Shown here: positions 40,803 through 51,035 of the stretch, piece after piece | Layout: each line of letters opens with the position of its first letter | Numbering within the stretch: the stretch's first letter is position 1 | From: a bacterium | Lineage (GTDB): Bacteria > UBA8248 | Reading direction: 5' to 3' | DNA: 64,000 bases | Assembly (NCBI GenBank): GCA_965200245.1 | Contig: CBDATS010000005.1 | Location: 608,001 to 672,000 of the forward strand | Notes under the pieces: generated by a model | The model's database searches: none | What the model saw: the letters and a program-made list of their open reading frames with translations, nothing else | Told to the model about the DNA's origin: nothing | Program-made: the position numbers and the translations under genes

Positions 40803-43691
40803 TCAGGCGTAGTTCTCAACAGGCAAACAAGAGCAGACCAGGTTCCTGTCTCCATAGGGGTTGTTCACCCGCTTGACGGGAGGCCAGTATTTCGCCGCGC
40901 GCACCCAAGGCAACGGGAAGACAGCTTTCTCGCGCGAGTAGGGGTGGGCCCATTCATCAGATGCAATGTCCGACGCCGTATGGGGGGCGTTTTTCAGAAC
41001 GTTGTCCTCGGTGCTCATCAGCCCGTCTGCGATTTCCTGGATGTCGCGCCGGATGTCGATCATCGCATCACAGAAACGATCCAGTTCCTCTCGCGATTCG
41101 CTCTCGGTCGGTTCGATCATCAAGGTTCCTGCTACCGGGAAGGACATTGTGGGTGCATGGAAACCATAATCCATCAGGCGCTTCGCGATGTCCTCGTTCG
41201 TTACACCCGAAGCCTCCTGCAAGGGCCTTATGTCGATAATGCACTCGTGTGCAACCATATCGTTCGCCCCCTTGTATAGAACCTCATAGTGGGGCTCAAG
41301 CCTCCTCGCCACGTAGTTCGCGTTCAAAATGGCCACCTGCGTCGCCTTTATGAGACCTTCACCACCCATCATGGCGATATACATCCAGGAGATAGGAAGA
41401 ATCCCCGCACTCCCCCAAGGAGCTGCAGAAATCGCGTCGACACCCGTCTCTGGCCCGGCACCCGAAACCACCGAGTGTTTCGGAAGGTAAGGAGACAGGT
41501 GCTTCACGACGCCGATGGGGCCCATGCCGGGTCCACCGCCTCCGTGGGGGATACAAAACGTCTTGTGGAGGTTCATATGGGAGGTGTCGGGACCAAATTC
41601 GCCCGGCTTGCAAATTCCGACCAGGGCATTCAGGTTCGCGCCGTCCATATACACCTGACCGCCATTTTTGTGGATGATGTCGCAAATTTCCCCTATGCCC
41701 TCTTCAAACACACCGTGTGTTGAGGGATAGGTGATCATCAAAGCGGCCAGTTTTTCGGAAAATTTCTCGGCCTTTTCCCTCAAATCCGCAATGTCCACGT
41801 TCCCGTTCGAGTCACAATCGACGACCACCACCTCGAAGCCCGCCATGACCGCGCTCGCGGGATTCGTTCCGTGGGCCGAACTCGGAATCAGACAAATGTT
41901 CCGGTAGTCCTCGTTTTTGCTCCTATGGTATTCGCGGATGACCAGCAAGCCCGCGTATTCTCCTTGCGCACCCGAATTGGGCTGCATGGAAATGGAATCG
42001 AAGGCCGTGCACTCGGCCAGCATATTCTCCAAATCGGCAATGAAGTCCAGATAACCGCGGACCTGCTCTTCGGGCGCGAAGGGATGAACGCCGCTGAATT
42101 CCTTCCAAGTCACGGGAATCATCTCAGTGGTGGCGTTGAGCTTCATGGTGCACGAGCCGAGCGGAATCATCGAGCGCGTAAGCGCAATGTCCTTCTCCTG
42201 AAGGCGGTAGATGTAGCGTAGCATCTCATGTTCGGCGTGATAGGAATTGAAAACCGGATGAGACATATAGGGGGAGGTTCTTCGCAGGGAATCCGGAATT
42301 CTCTCCGCAGTTCCCGCCTCAACTTCTTCGAACGATATGTGGGCTGCTCCTTCTCTGTTAAAAACTTCCCAGAGTACTTCTACGTCCTCTCTCCCGGTAG
42401 TCTCATCCAGGGCAACACCGACGGTATCCTTATCAAGCGCTCTTACGTTCATTCGCCGCGCAGCGGCTTTTTCGACGATGTGGGTCGCACCACCCTCGCC
42501 CACACGCACTGCTACGGTGTCGAAAAATGAATCCGCAACCAGAGCATAGCCCATGCCTTCCAAGCCACTGGCCAGCGTACAAGCCAGGCGGTGCGTTCTT
42601 TGAGCGATGCGCTTGACGCCTTCTGGGCCGTGATAGACACCGTACATACTCGCGATGACGGCCAGAAGTACCTGGGCCGTGCATATGTTGCTCGTGGCAC
42701 GTTCGCGGCGTATGTGCTGTTCTCTGGTCTGCAGGGAAAGCCTGAGAGCGGGTTTTTCGTCTGCGTCGATGGAGACACCGACGATGCGGCCCGGCATGGC
42801 GCGTTTGTACTGCTCCTTCGTGGCCAGATAGGCCGCGTGCGGCCCCCCGAAATCAAGGGGAACACCGAAACGCTGAGAGTTTCCGACGACGACATCCGCT
42901 CCGAACTCCCCCGGGGGGGTCAAAAGCGCGAGAGCGAGAATGTCTGCGGCGACGACGACCAAGGCGTCGGTCTGATGCGCCCTCTCCGCAAAATCGGCGT
43001 AGTCGAATATATCCCCGCCTGTTGCGGGATACTGGAGCAAGACACCGAACATATCCTCTTCCAGCGCGCCGTCCCGATGATCGCCCACCACGACTTCGAT
43101 GTCTTGGGGCTCCGCCCTGGTGCGCACAACTTCGATGGTCTGGGGATGGCATTCCCTGGAGACGAAGAACTTGCGCCCCTTGTTCTTGCTCACGTTCATG
43201 ACCATCGTCATCGCCTCGGCTGCGGCAGTCCCTTCATCCAGCAAGGAGGCGTTGGCGATTTCCATGCCTGTGAGATCCATGATCATGGTCTGGAAATTGA
43301 GGAGCGCCTCCATCCGGCCCTGCGAGATCTCCGGCTGATAAGGCGTGTATGCCGTGTACCAGCCCGGATTCTCCAGAATGTTGCGTAGAATTACCGTCGG
43401 CGTGTGGCAATCCGAATAGCCCATGCCGAGCATGGACTTGAACACTTGGTTTCGGGTTGCGAACGCCGCCAAATCGGCCAATGCGCGCTGCTCCGTTCTG
43501 GGCGCTGCAAGGCCGAAACCCGTCTTTGAGATGATGGACGAGGGTACGGCTTTCTTAACTAGTTCTTCAAGGGAATTAAGGCCGATCACTCCGAGCATCG
43601 ACGCGATGTCCCCATCGTTCGGCGCGATATGACGATGGATGAATTCGCCGCGATATTCGAGATCTTCGAGAGGCAAGCGAGATTCCGGCAT
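40803..43691 (-). CDS. gcvP: Glycine dehydrogenase (decarboxylating), single-chain P protein
   Basis: [23 protein letters not shown] and [16 protein letters not shown]. Confidence 0.98.
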   Translation of the reverse strand: MPESRLPLEDLEYRGEFIHRHIAPNDGDIASMLGVIGLNSLEELVKKAVPSSIISKTGFGLAAPRTEQRALADLAAFATRNQVFKSMLGMGYSDCHTPTVILRNILENPGWYTAYTPYQPEISQGRMEALLNFQTMIMDLTGMEIANASLLDEGTAAAEAMTMVMNVSKNKGRKFFVSRECHPQTIEVVRTRAEPQDIEVVVGDHRDGALEEDMFGVLLQYPATGGDIFDYADFAERAHQTDALVVVAADILALALLTPPGEFGADVVVGNSQRFGVPLDFGGPHAAYLATKEQYKRAMPGRIVGVSIDADEKPALRLSLQTREQHIRRERATSNICTAQVLLAVIASMYGVYHGPEGVKRIAQRTHRLACTLASGLEGMGYALVADSFFDTVAVRVGEGGATHIVEKAAARRMNVRALDKDTVGVALDETTGREDVEVLWEVFNREGAAHISFEEVEAGTAERIPDSLRRTSPYMSHPVFNSYHAEHEMLRYIYRLQEKDIALTRSMIPLGSCTMKLNATTEMIPVTWKEFSGVHPFAPEEQVRGYLDFIADLENMLAECTAFDSISMQPNSGAQGEYAGLLVIREYHRSKNEDYRNICLIPSSAHGTNPASAVMAGFEVVVVDCDSNGNVDIADLREKAEKFSEKLAALMITYPSTHGVFEEGIGEICDIIHKNGGQVYMDGANLNALVGICKPGEFGPDTSHMNLHKTFCIPHGGGGPGMGPIGVVKHLSPYLPKHSVVSGAGPETGVDAISAAPWGSAGILPISWMYIAMMGGEGLIKATQVAILNANYVARRLEPHYEVLYKGANDMVAHECIIDIRPLQEASGVTNEDIAKRLMDYGFHAPTMSFPVAGTLMIEPTESESREELDRFCDAMIDIRRDIQEIADGLMSTEDNVLKNAPHTASDIASDEWAHPYSREKAVFPLPWVRAAKYWPPVKRVNNPYGDRNLVCSCLPVENYA

Positions 43692-43798
43692 GAATGCGCC
43701 CCTTTAGCTTATAGGGATTCAGGCGGATAAACCATTTCTGCTCTGGCCCCAGAGGAATAGAAACACTCTACCGGCGCGAAGAAGAAAACCGGCACAGG

Positions 43799-44188
43799 CT
43801 AATCGCTTTCCTCCTCGGTGTACGCGCGGTACGAATCGGCTTCCAAGAGATCGTTCAATTCCGATTCGTCTTTCATCTCCACGCGAATAATCCAGCCATC
43901 TTCATAGGGTTCGGTGTTCACGAGTTCGGGCTCCTCCTCAAGTGTGGTGTTCGCCTCGACGACGACGCCTGAAACCGGAGCGAAAAGATCCGAAACCGCC
44001 TTGACGCTCTCCACGACGCCAAACGTATTGTTCGCTTCCACCTCGGTGCCAACCTCCGGCAGTTCGACGTACACCACGTCTCCTAGTTCCGATTGGGCGA
44101 AATCCGTAATCCCAATCACAGCGATGTTCCCCTCTACTCTTACCCACTCGTGTTCTCTGGAATATTTGAGGCCGCTCGGTAGTTCCAT
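43799..44188 (-). CDS. gcvH: Glycine cleavage H protein
   Basis: HEW, GITDFAQ..LGD and ESVKA lipoyl motif. Confidence 0.97.
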   Translation of the reverse strand: MELPSGLKYSREHEWVRVEGNIAVIGITDFAQSELGDVVYVELPEVGTEVEANNTFGVVESVKAVSDLFAPVSGVVVEANTTLEEEPELVNTEPYEDGWIIRVEMKDESELNDLLEADSYRAYTEEESD

Positions 44189-44260
44189 GTTCCTGAATGC
44201 CTCCCTCTTGGATTACGACGATGAATTATGAGTCATTATCAGAAACGAAATTCTCTCCGT

Positions 44261-45367
44261 TCAAGCTTTTTTATAGAATGGTGTCTTTACTATCAGGGCC
44301 CGTCTGGCCTTGCCGCGAAGGTCGACTTCCAGAGTAGCACCTTCATCCGAATTCGCGGCAGGAACGTAGCCTATCCCGATGGCTTTGCCAAGAGTAGGAC
44401 TCATCGTCCCGCTCGTAACCTCTCCGGCCACTTCACCGTCGATCAAGATGGGTGCTCCATGACGAGGAATACCACGATCCACCATCTCGAATCCAATCAG
44501 TTTTCTCTTTATGCCTTCGGCCCTCAGGGCCAGCAGTTTCTCGCGTCCGATGAAATCCCCCGCCTTATACTTCACCACCCAACCCAAGCCAGCTTCGAGG
44601 GGATGAGTAGACTCATCAATGTCGTTTCCATAGAGGGCGTATTTCATCTCGGTGCGCAAGGTATCCCGCGCACCAAGGCCACAGGGTTTCAGTCCCTCGT
44701 CCCCTCCTTCGTTCACCAAAGCATCCCAGAGCGCGGGCGCATCCACCGATTTGCAATAGAGTTCAAAACCGTTTTCGCCTGTGTAGCCCGTGCGAGAAAC
44801 CAGAACATCACACCCCGCCACGTCTTTAAACTGCGCCCCGTAATAAGGAATGGTCGCGAGGTCACCACCCGGAATCAGTTTCGAGAGGATGGATTCCGCC
44901 TTGGGGCCTTGCAAGGCGAGAAGGCCCGTTTGGTCACTCACGTTTTCGAACTCGCAGTCCTCGGTGCGGTGAGAAACCATCCATTCCCAATCCTTCTTGA
45001 TGTTCGCGGCGTTCACGACAGCCATATAGCGCTCTTCAGCGAGCCGGTAGACCGTGAGATCGTCCACAATACCGCCCGCCTCCCGGCACATGGCCGCATA
45101 GAGAACACCGCCCACCTCGAGCCGCAACACGTTGTTCGTCACCATTTTATGAATGAAGGCGCCTGCTCCTTTCCCGCGTGCCTCGAACTCGCCCATATGG
45201 CTCACATCGAACAGGCCGGCTGCTTCGCGAACAGCACGGTGCTCGTCGATGACGCCCGTGTACTGGACGGGCATTTCATAGCCCGCGAAGGGAACCATCT
45301 TCGCGCCTGCGACCTTGTGGGTTTCATACAGGGAGGTTCTTCGCAATTCCTGGTCGACATTCGTCAT
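44261..45367 (-). CDS. gcvT: Aminomethyltransferase T protein
   Basis: FDVSHMG, RTGYTGE.GFE and [10 protein letters not shown]. Confidence 0.97.
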   Translation of the reverse strand: MTNVDQELRRTSLYETHKVAGAKMVPFAGYEMPVQYTGVIDEHRAVREAAGLFDVSHMGEFEARGKGAGAFIHKMVTNNVLRLEVGGVLYAAMCREAGGIVDDLTVYRLAEERYMAVVNAANIKKDWEWMVSHRTEDCEFENVSDQTGLLALQGPKAESILSKLIPGGDLATIPYYGAQFKDVAGCDVLVSRTGYTGENGFELYCKSVDAPALWDALVNEGGDEGLKPCGLGARDTLRTEMKYALYGNDIDESTHPLEAGLGWVVKYKAGDFIGREKLLALRAEGIKRKLIGFEMVDRGIPRHGAPILIDGEVAGEVTSGTMSPTLGKAIGIGYVPAANSDEGATLEVDLRGKARRALIVKTPFYKKA

Positions 45368-45530
45368 AATAGCTCTCGCTTAGCGACTCAATTTGCCACC
45401 CACTTGAGCCTTACCGCGTATCGAAACTAATTTCAAGGGTTTTATTGCAAATTTTCAGGACAAAAGCGAGTGAGCCGGAAAGGGGATTTAGAAAAAATGG
45501 CTATTCAGAGGCTAGGCACAAAAATCCCGC

Positions 45531-46682
45531 CTAGGCAAACGCGCGGATTCCCGTTTCAAAGCCTGCGATGATGAGCTTTTGAATCTGGCTGGTACCCTCA
45601 TAGATCGTCGCCACTCGGGCGTCGCGCATATAGCGCTCCACGGAATACTCGTTGCTGTAGCCCATACCACCGTGGATTTGGATGGCGTCGTTCGCGCAAC
45701 GAAGGGCTGCCTCGGAGCAATAGTATTTGGCGATGCAAGTCTCCTTAGTATTCGCAAGACCTGCGTTCTTGAGTTCGCCCGCCCGGTATAGCAGCAGCCT
45801 GCTCGCGTCGATGTCGACCACCATACGGGCGATCATGTCCTGCACGAGTTGGTGCGCCGCGATGGGCTTGCCGAACGTGTGGCGCTCTTTCGCGTAGGCA
45901 ACTGATGCTTCCAGCGAACCCTGCGCGATACCCAGACAGCCTGCAGCCACCGAATACCGACCGTTATCCAGCGCGCTCATCGCGACCTTGAAGCCATCGC
46001 CCACATCTCCGAGCAAAGCGTTGTCGGGCACCTCCACGTTCGTCAGGAAAAGCTCCGCCGTGTTGGAACTTCTGAGCCCCAGCTTTCCGTGCATGGTCCG
46101 TGCCTCAAAGCCGGGTGAGTGGGTTTCTACCAAAAAGGCCGCCATCTTTCGGGGGTTTTCACGGTCAGTCTGCGCGACTACCAACGCAAGTTGCGCGACA
46201 CCGCCGTTGCTAATCCATATTTTCTGGCCGTTGAGCCTCCAGCCGTTCGAGGTGCTCTCCGCAAACGTTTTCAGGTGCTGGGCGTCGGAACCCACGCCTG
46301 GCTCCGTGAGTCCGAAACATCCTATCCATTCCGCAGTGCAGAGTTTTGGTAGATACTTTCTCTTCTGGACCTCACTCCCCCATTTGAGAATCGTCGTGGC
46401 GACGAGAGAAAGCTGCACCGACAAGACGGTCCGCACCGAACTACACGCCTTGCTTATCTCCTCGTTCATGATGGCGTAGGAGATATAGTCCAGCCCCGCG
46501 CCACCATATTCCTCGGGAATCGGCCCGCCGAACATCCCCAACTCGCCCATTTCGGCGACAATATCCGCTGGATACCTCTCCTTCTCGTCGTTCTCCCGCG
46601 CCACGGAGACGATTCGCCGCTGGGCGAACTCCGCTGCCGTTTCCTTGATCAGCCGCTGGGTTTCGTTAAGTTCAAAATCCAC
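45531..46682 (-). CDS. Acyl-CoA dehydrogenase (short-chain/butyryl-like)
   Basis: GLTEP..GSD, K.WISN, QIHGG.GY and IYEGTSQIQ. Confidence 0.93.
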   Translation of the reverse strand: MDFELNETQRLIKETAAEFAQRRIVSVARENDEKERYPADIVAEMGELGMFGGPIPEEYGGAGLDYISYAIMNEEISKACSSVRTVLSVQLSLVATTILKWGSEVQKRKYLPKLCTAEWIGCFGLTEPGVGSDAQHLKTFAESTSNGWRLNGQKIWISNGGVAQLALVVAQTDRENPRKMAAFLVETHSPGFEARTMHGKLGLRSSNTAELFLTNVEVPDNALLGDVGDGFKVAMSALDNGRYSVAAGCLGIAQGSLEASVAYAKERHTFGKPIAAHQLVQDMIARMVVDIDASRLLLYRAGELKNAGLANTKETCIAKYYCSEAALRCANDAIQIHGGMGYSNEYSVERYMRDARVATIYEGTSQIQKLIIAGFETGIRAFA

Positions 46683-46702
46683 AGTTATCTCAGATGGGAG
46701 TC

Positions 46703-47557
46703 TCAGTCGTAGGTGAAGAAACCACGGTCTGTCTTGCGGCCGAGATGACCCGCCTTAACCATCTTGCGCAGCAAGAAGTTGGGCCGGTAGCGCGTATCAC
46801 CTAACTCGCGGTAGAGCGTCTCCGTCTTTGCAAGGTGGATGTCAACGCCGATCAGATCGATGAGTTCGAGCGGCCCCATGGGAAGACCTGCACCCATCTT
46901 CATCGCCTTGTCGATGTCCTCGGCGGACGCGAGACCACCTGCATAGACTTCAACCGCCTCGTTGAGCATAGCCGCAAGCACACGACTGCCGATGCCCGCC
47001 GGGCTGTCGAAATTCGCTGTCACGGGCGTCTTGCCGAGCCGTTCGGCCAGGGCACGGGCTGCCTCTATCGTCTCCTGCGAGGTTCCGAGACCCGGCATGA
47101 TCTCGACGAGCTTCATCACCAGGGGTGGATTGAAGAAATGAACGCCCACCACCTTCTCGGGCCGAGAGGTGGCCGCCGCCATCTCCGTGATGGAGAGAGA
47201 AGTTGTGTTCGAAGCGAATATCGCGTGCTCCGGCGCAACTTCATCCAAAGCAGCCAATACCTTTTTCTTGATTTTCATGTCCTCAAAAACGGCTTCGACA
47301 ACAATCTCCACATCCGTTGCCTTCGTGTAGTCCGTCCCCGGCGTAATGCGCGAAAATATGGCCTCTTTCGCTTCCATGCTCATCTTGCCCTGCTCGACGC
47401 GCTTCGTCGCGCGCGCCTCAAGGCCCGCGATTGCATTTGTCACAACCTTTTCGCTCAGGTCGGTCAAGACCACCGGAATTTCGTTTTGAGCGAAAAGCTG
47501 GGCGATTCCTGTACCCATCGTACCCGCGCCCACCACCATTGCTTTTCCTATTTCCAT
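46703..47557 (-). CDS. 3-hydroxyacyl(butyryl)-CoA dehydrogenase
   Basis: GAGTMG, EAVFE, SNTTSL, HFFNP and PMGPL. Confidence 0.93.
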   Translation of the reverse strand: MEIGKAMVVGAGTMGTGIAQLFAQNEIPVVLTDLSEKVVTNAIAGLEARATKRVEQGKMSMEAKEAIFSRITPGTDYTKATDVEIVVEAVFEDMKIKKKVLAALDEVAPEHAIFASNTTSLSITEMAAATSRPEKVVGVHFFNPPLVMKLVEIMPGLGTSQETIEAARALAERLGKTPVTANFDSPAGIGSRVLAAMLNEAVEVYAGGLASAEDIDKAMKMGAGLPMGPLELIDLIGVDIHLAKTETLYRELGDTRYRPNFLLRKMVKAGHLGRKTDRGFFTYD

Positions 47558-47596
47558 TTCATCCTCTGATTTTACCGAACCTTGTCATCCAGGCAG

Positions 47597-48781
47597 CTAA
47601 GCGACGCGCTCCAGTACGACGGCCACCCCCTGCCCCCCGCCGATGCAGGCGCTCACGACGCCAAACTGTTCGCCTCTTCGTTCCAGCGCGCTCAGACAGG
47701 TAGCAATAATTTTCCCGCCAGTCGCACCCACCGGATGACCGAGCGCAATGGCACCGCCGTGGACGTTCAGCTTCTTCCTGTCCCATTCGAGTTCGCGCTC
47801 ACAGGCGATGACCTGGGCCGCAAACGCCTCGTTCACCTCGATCAAGTTCATGTCCTCAAGCGCCAGACCCGCACGCTCCAGTGCCTTGGGGATAGCAGTG
47901 ACGGGCCCCAACCCCATATAACGGGGTTCCACGCCTGTCGATGCGTAGCCGCGCAGGACAGCAATGGACTTCACACCCAACGCATCCGCCTTTTCCTTTG
48001 ACGCCAGCACAAGGGCGGAGGCCGCATCCGCCTGACAGCACGAATTGCCGGGGGTCACGGAGCCGTTTTTGTCAAAGACGGGCCTTAGCCTGCCAAGTTT
48101 TTCCATAGACATGCCGCTGCGCGGCGTCTCATCCTTATCGAAGAGGGTTACCTCTCCCTTACGCCCCTTGAGTTCTATCGGCACGATTTCCCCGTCGAAC
48201 TCCCCGCCCTCGACAGCCGCCACTGCCTTCTCCTGGCTTTCAAGTGCATACTCATCCTGCTCCGCGCGGCTCAGGTTGTATTTTTCCACCAGGTTCTCCG
48301 CCGTTACGCCCATGAGCTGTCCCGACAGAGGATCCTCATAACCGTCCTTGTAAATCAGATCCAGAAACTGCGCGTGCCCGAAGCGGTTACCCCACCTCGC
48401 GCCCGGGTTCACGAAGGGAACGTTGGAGGTGCTCTCTACCCCTCCGGCCAGCACGACCTCGGCATCGCCCGCGCGGATCGCCTGCGCGGCCAAGGCGGCG
48501 GCCTTAATGCTTGAGCCACAACGCTTGTTGATCGTGTAGGCGGGCGTCTCCTTCGGAAGACCCGCGCCCACCGAGATGAGCCGTGCAGAATTTGGCCCTA
48601 CACCCGCCTGCCATCCATGGCCGATAATGGTCTCATCGAAATGTTCCGGCTCCACACCAGACCTTTGAATGGCCTCACGTGCGATGTGTACGCCCATTTC
48701 GGGTGCGGTCATGCCCTTGAGCGCGCCACCGAAGGCCCCGCCCGGTGAGCGAACACTACTGAGAATGACGACTTCTTTCAT
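47597..48781 (-). CDS. Acetyl-CoA C-acyltransferase (thiolase)
   Basis: NKRCGSS, NEAF, GGAIALGHP and CIGGGQG. Confidence 0.95.
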   Translation of the reverse strand: MKEVVILSSVRSPGGAFGGALKGMTAPEMGVHIAREAIQRSGVEPEHFDETIIGHGWQAGVGPNSARLISVGAGLPKETPAYTINKRCGSSIKAAALAAQAIRAGDAEVVLAGGVESTSNVPFVNPGARWGNRFGHAQFLDLIYKDGYEDPLSGQLMGVTAENLVEKYNLSRAEQDEYALESQEKAVAAVEGGEFDGEIVPIELKGRKGEVTLFDKDETPRSGMSMEKLGRLRPVFDKNGSVTPGNSCCQADAASALVLASKEKADALGVKSIAVLRGYASTGVEPRYMGLGPVTAIPKALERAGLALEDMNLIEVNEAFAAQVIACERELEWDRKKLNVHGGAIALGHPVGATGGKIIATCLSALERRGEQFGVVSACIGGGQGVAVVLERVA

Positions 48782-48979
48782 ATAAGCCCTCAATTTTCAA
48801 AAGGATGAGAGTTCCCGGTCCCTACGATATACAAAACACGGAGTAAAGAACCGAAATACCTGAAACATTTCTCCATGCGATAGGAATTCTTATGGCATAT
48901 CTAGAACGTGATAGGCAAGGAACGGGGCGACATGACATCTCTTGGGACCCGCGTGCGAAAAGGTCGCCAAAACATGCCG

Positions 48980-49942
48980 TTACGCCCGCAGACGCTCCAG
49001 CAGCCCCAGGAAATCCGCCGGAGGTTCGGCCACCAACTTGCGATTCTCTCCATCTACTGGATGGAGGAACTCCAGCCTGTGCGCATGAAGGGCTTGCCTG
49101 TCAATGAGGCTCTGTTGATTCATTCCTTTTTTCTTGCGCGGTCCTCTCGGCAGCCGCCCCAGACCATACACGGGATCACCCACAATCGGATGTCCGATGT
49201 GGTTCATGTGTACCCTGATCTGGTGCGTTCTGCCCGTCTCGAGCGTGACGCCCAAAAGCGATGCGCCCCGCAACACCTCGCGGACGGCGTAGTGAGTAAC
49301 CGCGCGGCGGCCGCTTGCGACGACTGCCATGACCGTCCTGTGGGTGGGATGGCGGCCGATGGGGGCGTCTACAGTCCCCTGCCCTTGGGCGGGTATCCCT
49401 CGGACGATGGCCAGATAGTGGCGGTGAATCCGGCGAGCCTTGAGATCGGCGGAGAGTCTTGCATGGGCCATGTCCGTTTTCGCCGCTATCAGCAGGCCGG
49501 ATGTGTCCTTATCCAGTCGGTGAACGATGCCAGGCCTCTCCACACCGCCGATGCCCGAGAGTTGTCCCCTGCAATGATGCAGCAGGGCGGCGGTCAAGGT
49601 TCCCTTGCGCCGGCCTGCACCGGGGTGGACTACAATACCGGGAGGTTTGTTGATAACGAGTAGATGTGCATCCTCAAAACGAACGTCGAGTGCGACCTCT
49701 TCAGCCTCGATGTGTGAGGGCGCGGGAGGCGGCAACGTTACCTCGACGCGCACGCCACTCGGGAGAGTGTGCGCTGGTTTGGTCTCGACTCTTCCGTCTA
49801 CCGAAACCATGCCTTCCTTGATGAGCGCCTGCACACGTGAGCGGGATAGGTCTTTGAGGTTATCGGCCAGAAATGTATCGACCCGCTTGGCGCCCTCTTG
49901 GCAGGTCAGCGCGTAGGTCTTTACCCACATTCTCCTATTCAT
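48980..49942 (-). CDS. rluD: RluA-family 23S rRNA pseudouridine synthase with S4 domain
   Basis: S4 domain, NKP.G.VVHP, HRLDKDTSG and TGRTHQIRVH. Confidence 0.93.
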   Translation of the reverse strand: MNRRMWVKTYALTCQEGAKRVDTFLADNLKDLSRSRVQALIKEGMVSVDGRVETKPAHTLPSGVRVEVTLPPPAPSHIEAEEVALDVRFEDAHLLVINKPPGIVVHPGAGRRKGTLTAALLHHCRGQLSGIGGVERPGIVHRLDKDTSGLLIAAKTDMAHARLSADLKARRIHRHYLAIVRGIPAQGQGTVDAPIGRHPTHRTVMAVVASGRRAVTHYAVREVLRGASLLGVTLETGRTHQIRVHMNHIGHPIVGDPVYGLGRLPRGPRKKKGMNQQSLIDRQALHAHRLEFLHPVDGENRKLVAEPPADFLGLLERLRA

Positions 49943-50487
49943 ACCTTGACAAGAGAGTCTATGACGCGTGTTCTCGCATATATCGTCCCACGGACCTGAT
50001 CGCCTGGTGCCAAGAGCTCGTGGTAGCCTTGCGCGGCCAGAAACCAGCCTTCCTCGATGATTTTCCCGCTCCCTAGCGTCAGCGGGCGCATGCCCACGCC
50101 ACGAACGATCCTGAGGTAATACTTCTCCTCCAGAAACGCGAGCTTGTACCAGAAGATGTAGGATGCTTTGGAATCCACCCGGCCCCCGAAATTTAAGGGT
50201 TTGCCCATCAGATCACCAACCGCGCGCGAGGTTCTCCAAAACGTATAGGCGAACAAGGCGCTCAAAACGGGCACGACGACGTAGATGATGATTTCATCCG
50301 TGAGGGAGTACCTCGCGAGCAAATACCCGAGACCTGAAATGCACACGAGAGATAACACGCCCCAGAAAATCGACGCGTTCCAAAGATAATGGCGTGCGTA
50401 GCCACGGGCTCTGGTCGCCGAGCCGATGGAAGGATTGTTCCGACTCGAATGTGTCCCCGAGAACGGGAAAGGGCCCAGCATCTCCAT
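49939..50487 (-). CDS. Hypothetical protein with two TM helices
   Basis: Fills the gap between lspA and rluD; GGAGG RBS; stop overlaps the rluD start. Confidence 0.7.
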   Translation of the reverse strand: MEMLGPFPFSGTHSSRNNPSIGSATRARGYARHYLWNASIFWGVLSLVCISGLGYLLARYSLTDEIIIYVVVPVLSALFAYTFWRTSRAVGDLMGKPLNFGGRVDSKASYIFWYKLAFLEEKYYLRIVRGVGMRPLTLGSGKIIEEGWFLAAQGYHELLAPGDQVRGTIYARTRVIDSLVKV

Positions 50488-50525
50488 CCCTCCGGAAAAG
50501 CAGGCCTGCGTGCGCGTCGCCTCTC

Positions 50526-51035
50526 CTATCCCCCGCTGCCTTTCGATGCGGATTCAGGCGGACTGCGCAAGAGGTCGACTATCATCAGACCGACTCCTAC
50601 CGTAATGCCTGAGTCCGCCAGATTGAACGCGGGCCAATGGTATCGCCCATAATAGAACAGGAGATAATCTATTACCTCGCCGTATGCGACCCTGTCCACG
50701 AGATTTCCCAGTCCGCCGCCGAACACCAGGATCATGCCCGATCTCGCCCATAAGTTTCCCGACGCATGCGTACGGTAGAGATAGAGGACAAACAGCAGAG
50801 CCGCCAAGTTGGCGCAGATGAAGAAAAGGCGCCCCCACATGGGAGGCAGGCCGTTCAGAATACTGAACGCACCACCTGAGTTTCTTAAATATACGAGATT
50901 GAAAAAACCCGGAATAACTGCCAGTGAATCACTCAAGGCGAAAATTCTGTCGACGATTTGCTTGATCGCCTGATCGGCCAATGCAAAAAGAGAGGCGATG
51001 AGAAAAAACGGTTTAAGCCCTGGCCTTTCGTTCAC
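50526..51035 (-). CDS. lspA: Lipoprotein signal peptidase
   Basis: DQ..K, NSGGAFS, GNLVDR, V.D and FNLAD. Confidence 0.96.
   Translation of the reverse strand: MNERPGLKPFFLIASLFALADQAIKQIVDRIFALSDSLAVIPGFFNLVYLRNSGGAFSILNGLPPMWGRLFFICANLAALLFVLYLYRTHASGNLWARSGMILVFGGGLGNLVDRVAYGEVIDYLLFYYGRYHWPAFNLADSGITVGVGLMIVDLLRSPPESASKGSGG

Noticed and set aside
45368-45530. Glycine riboswitch upstream of gcvT (also checked 43692-43798)
   Set aside because: No GGAGA..CCGAAG..CTCTCAGG aptamer motifs on the minus strand
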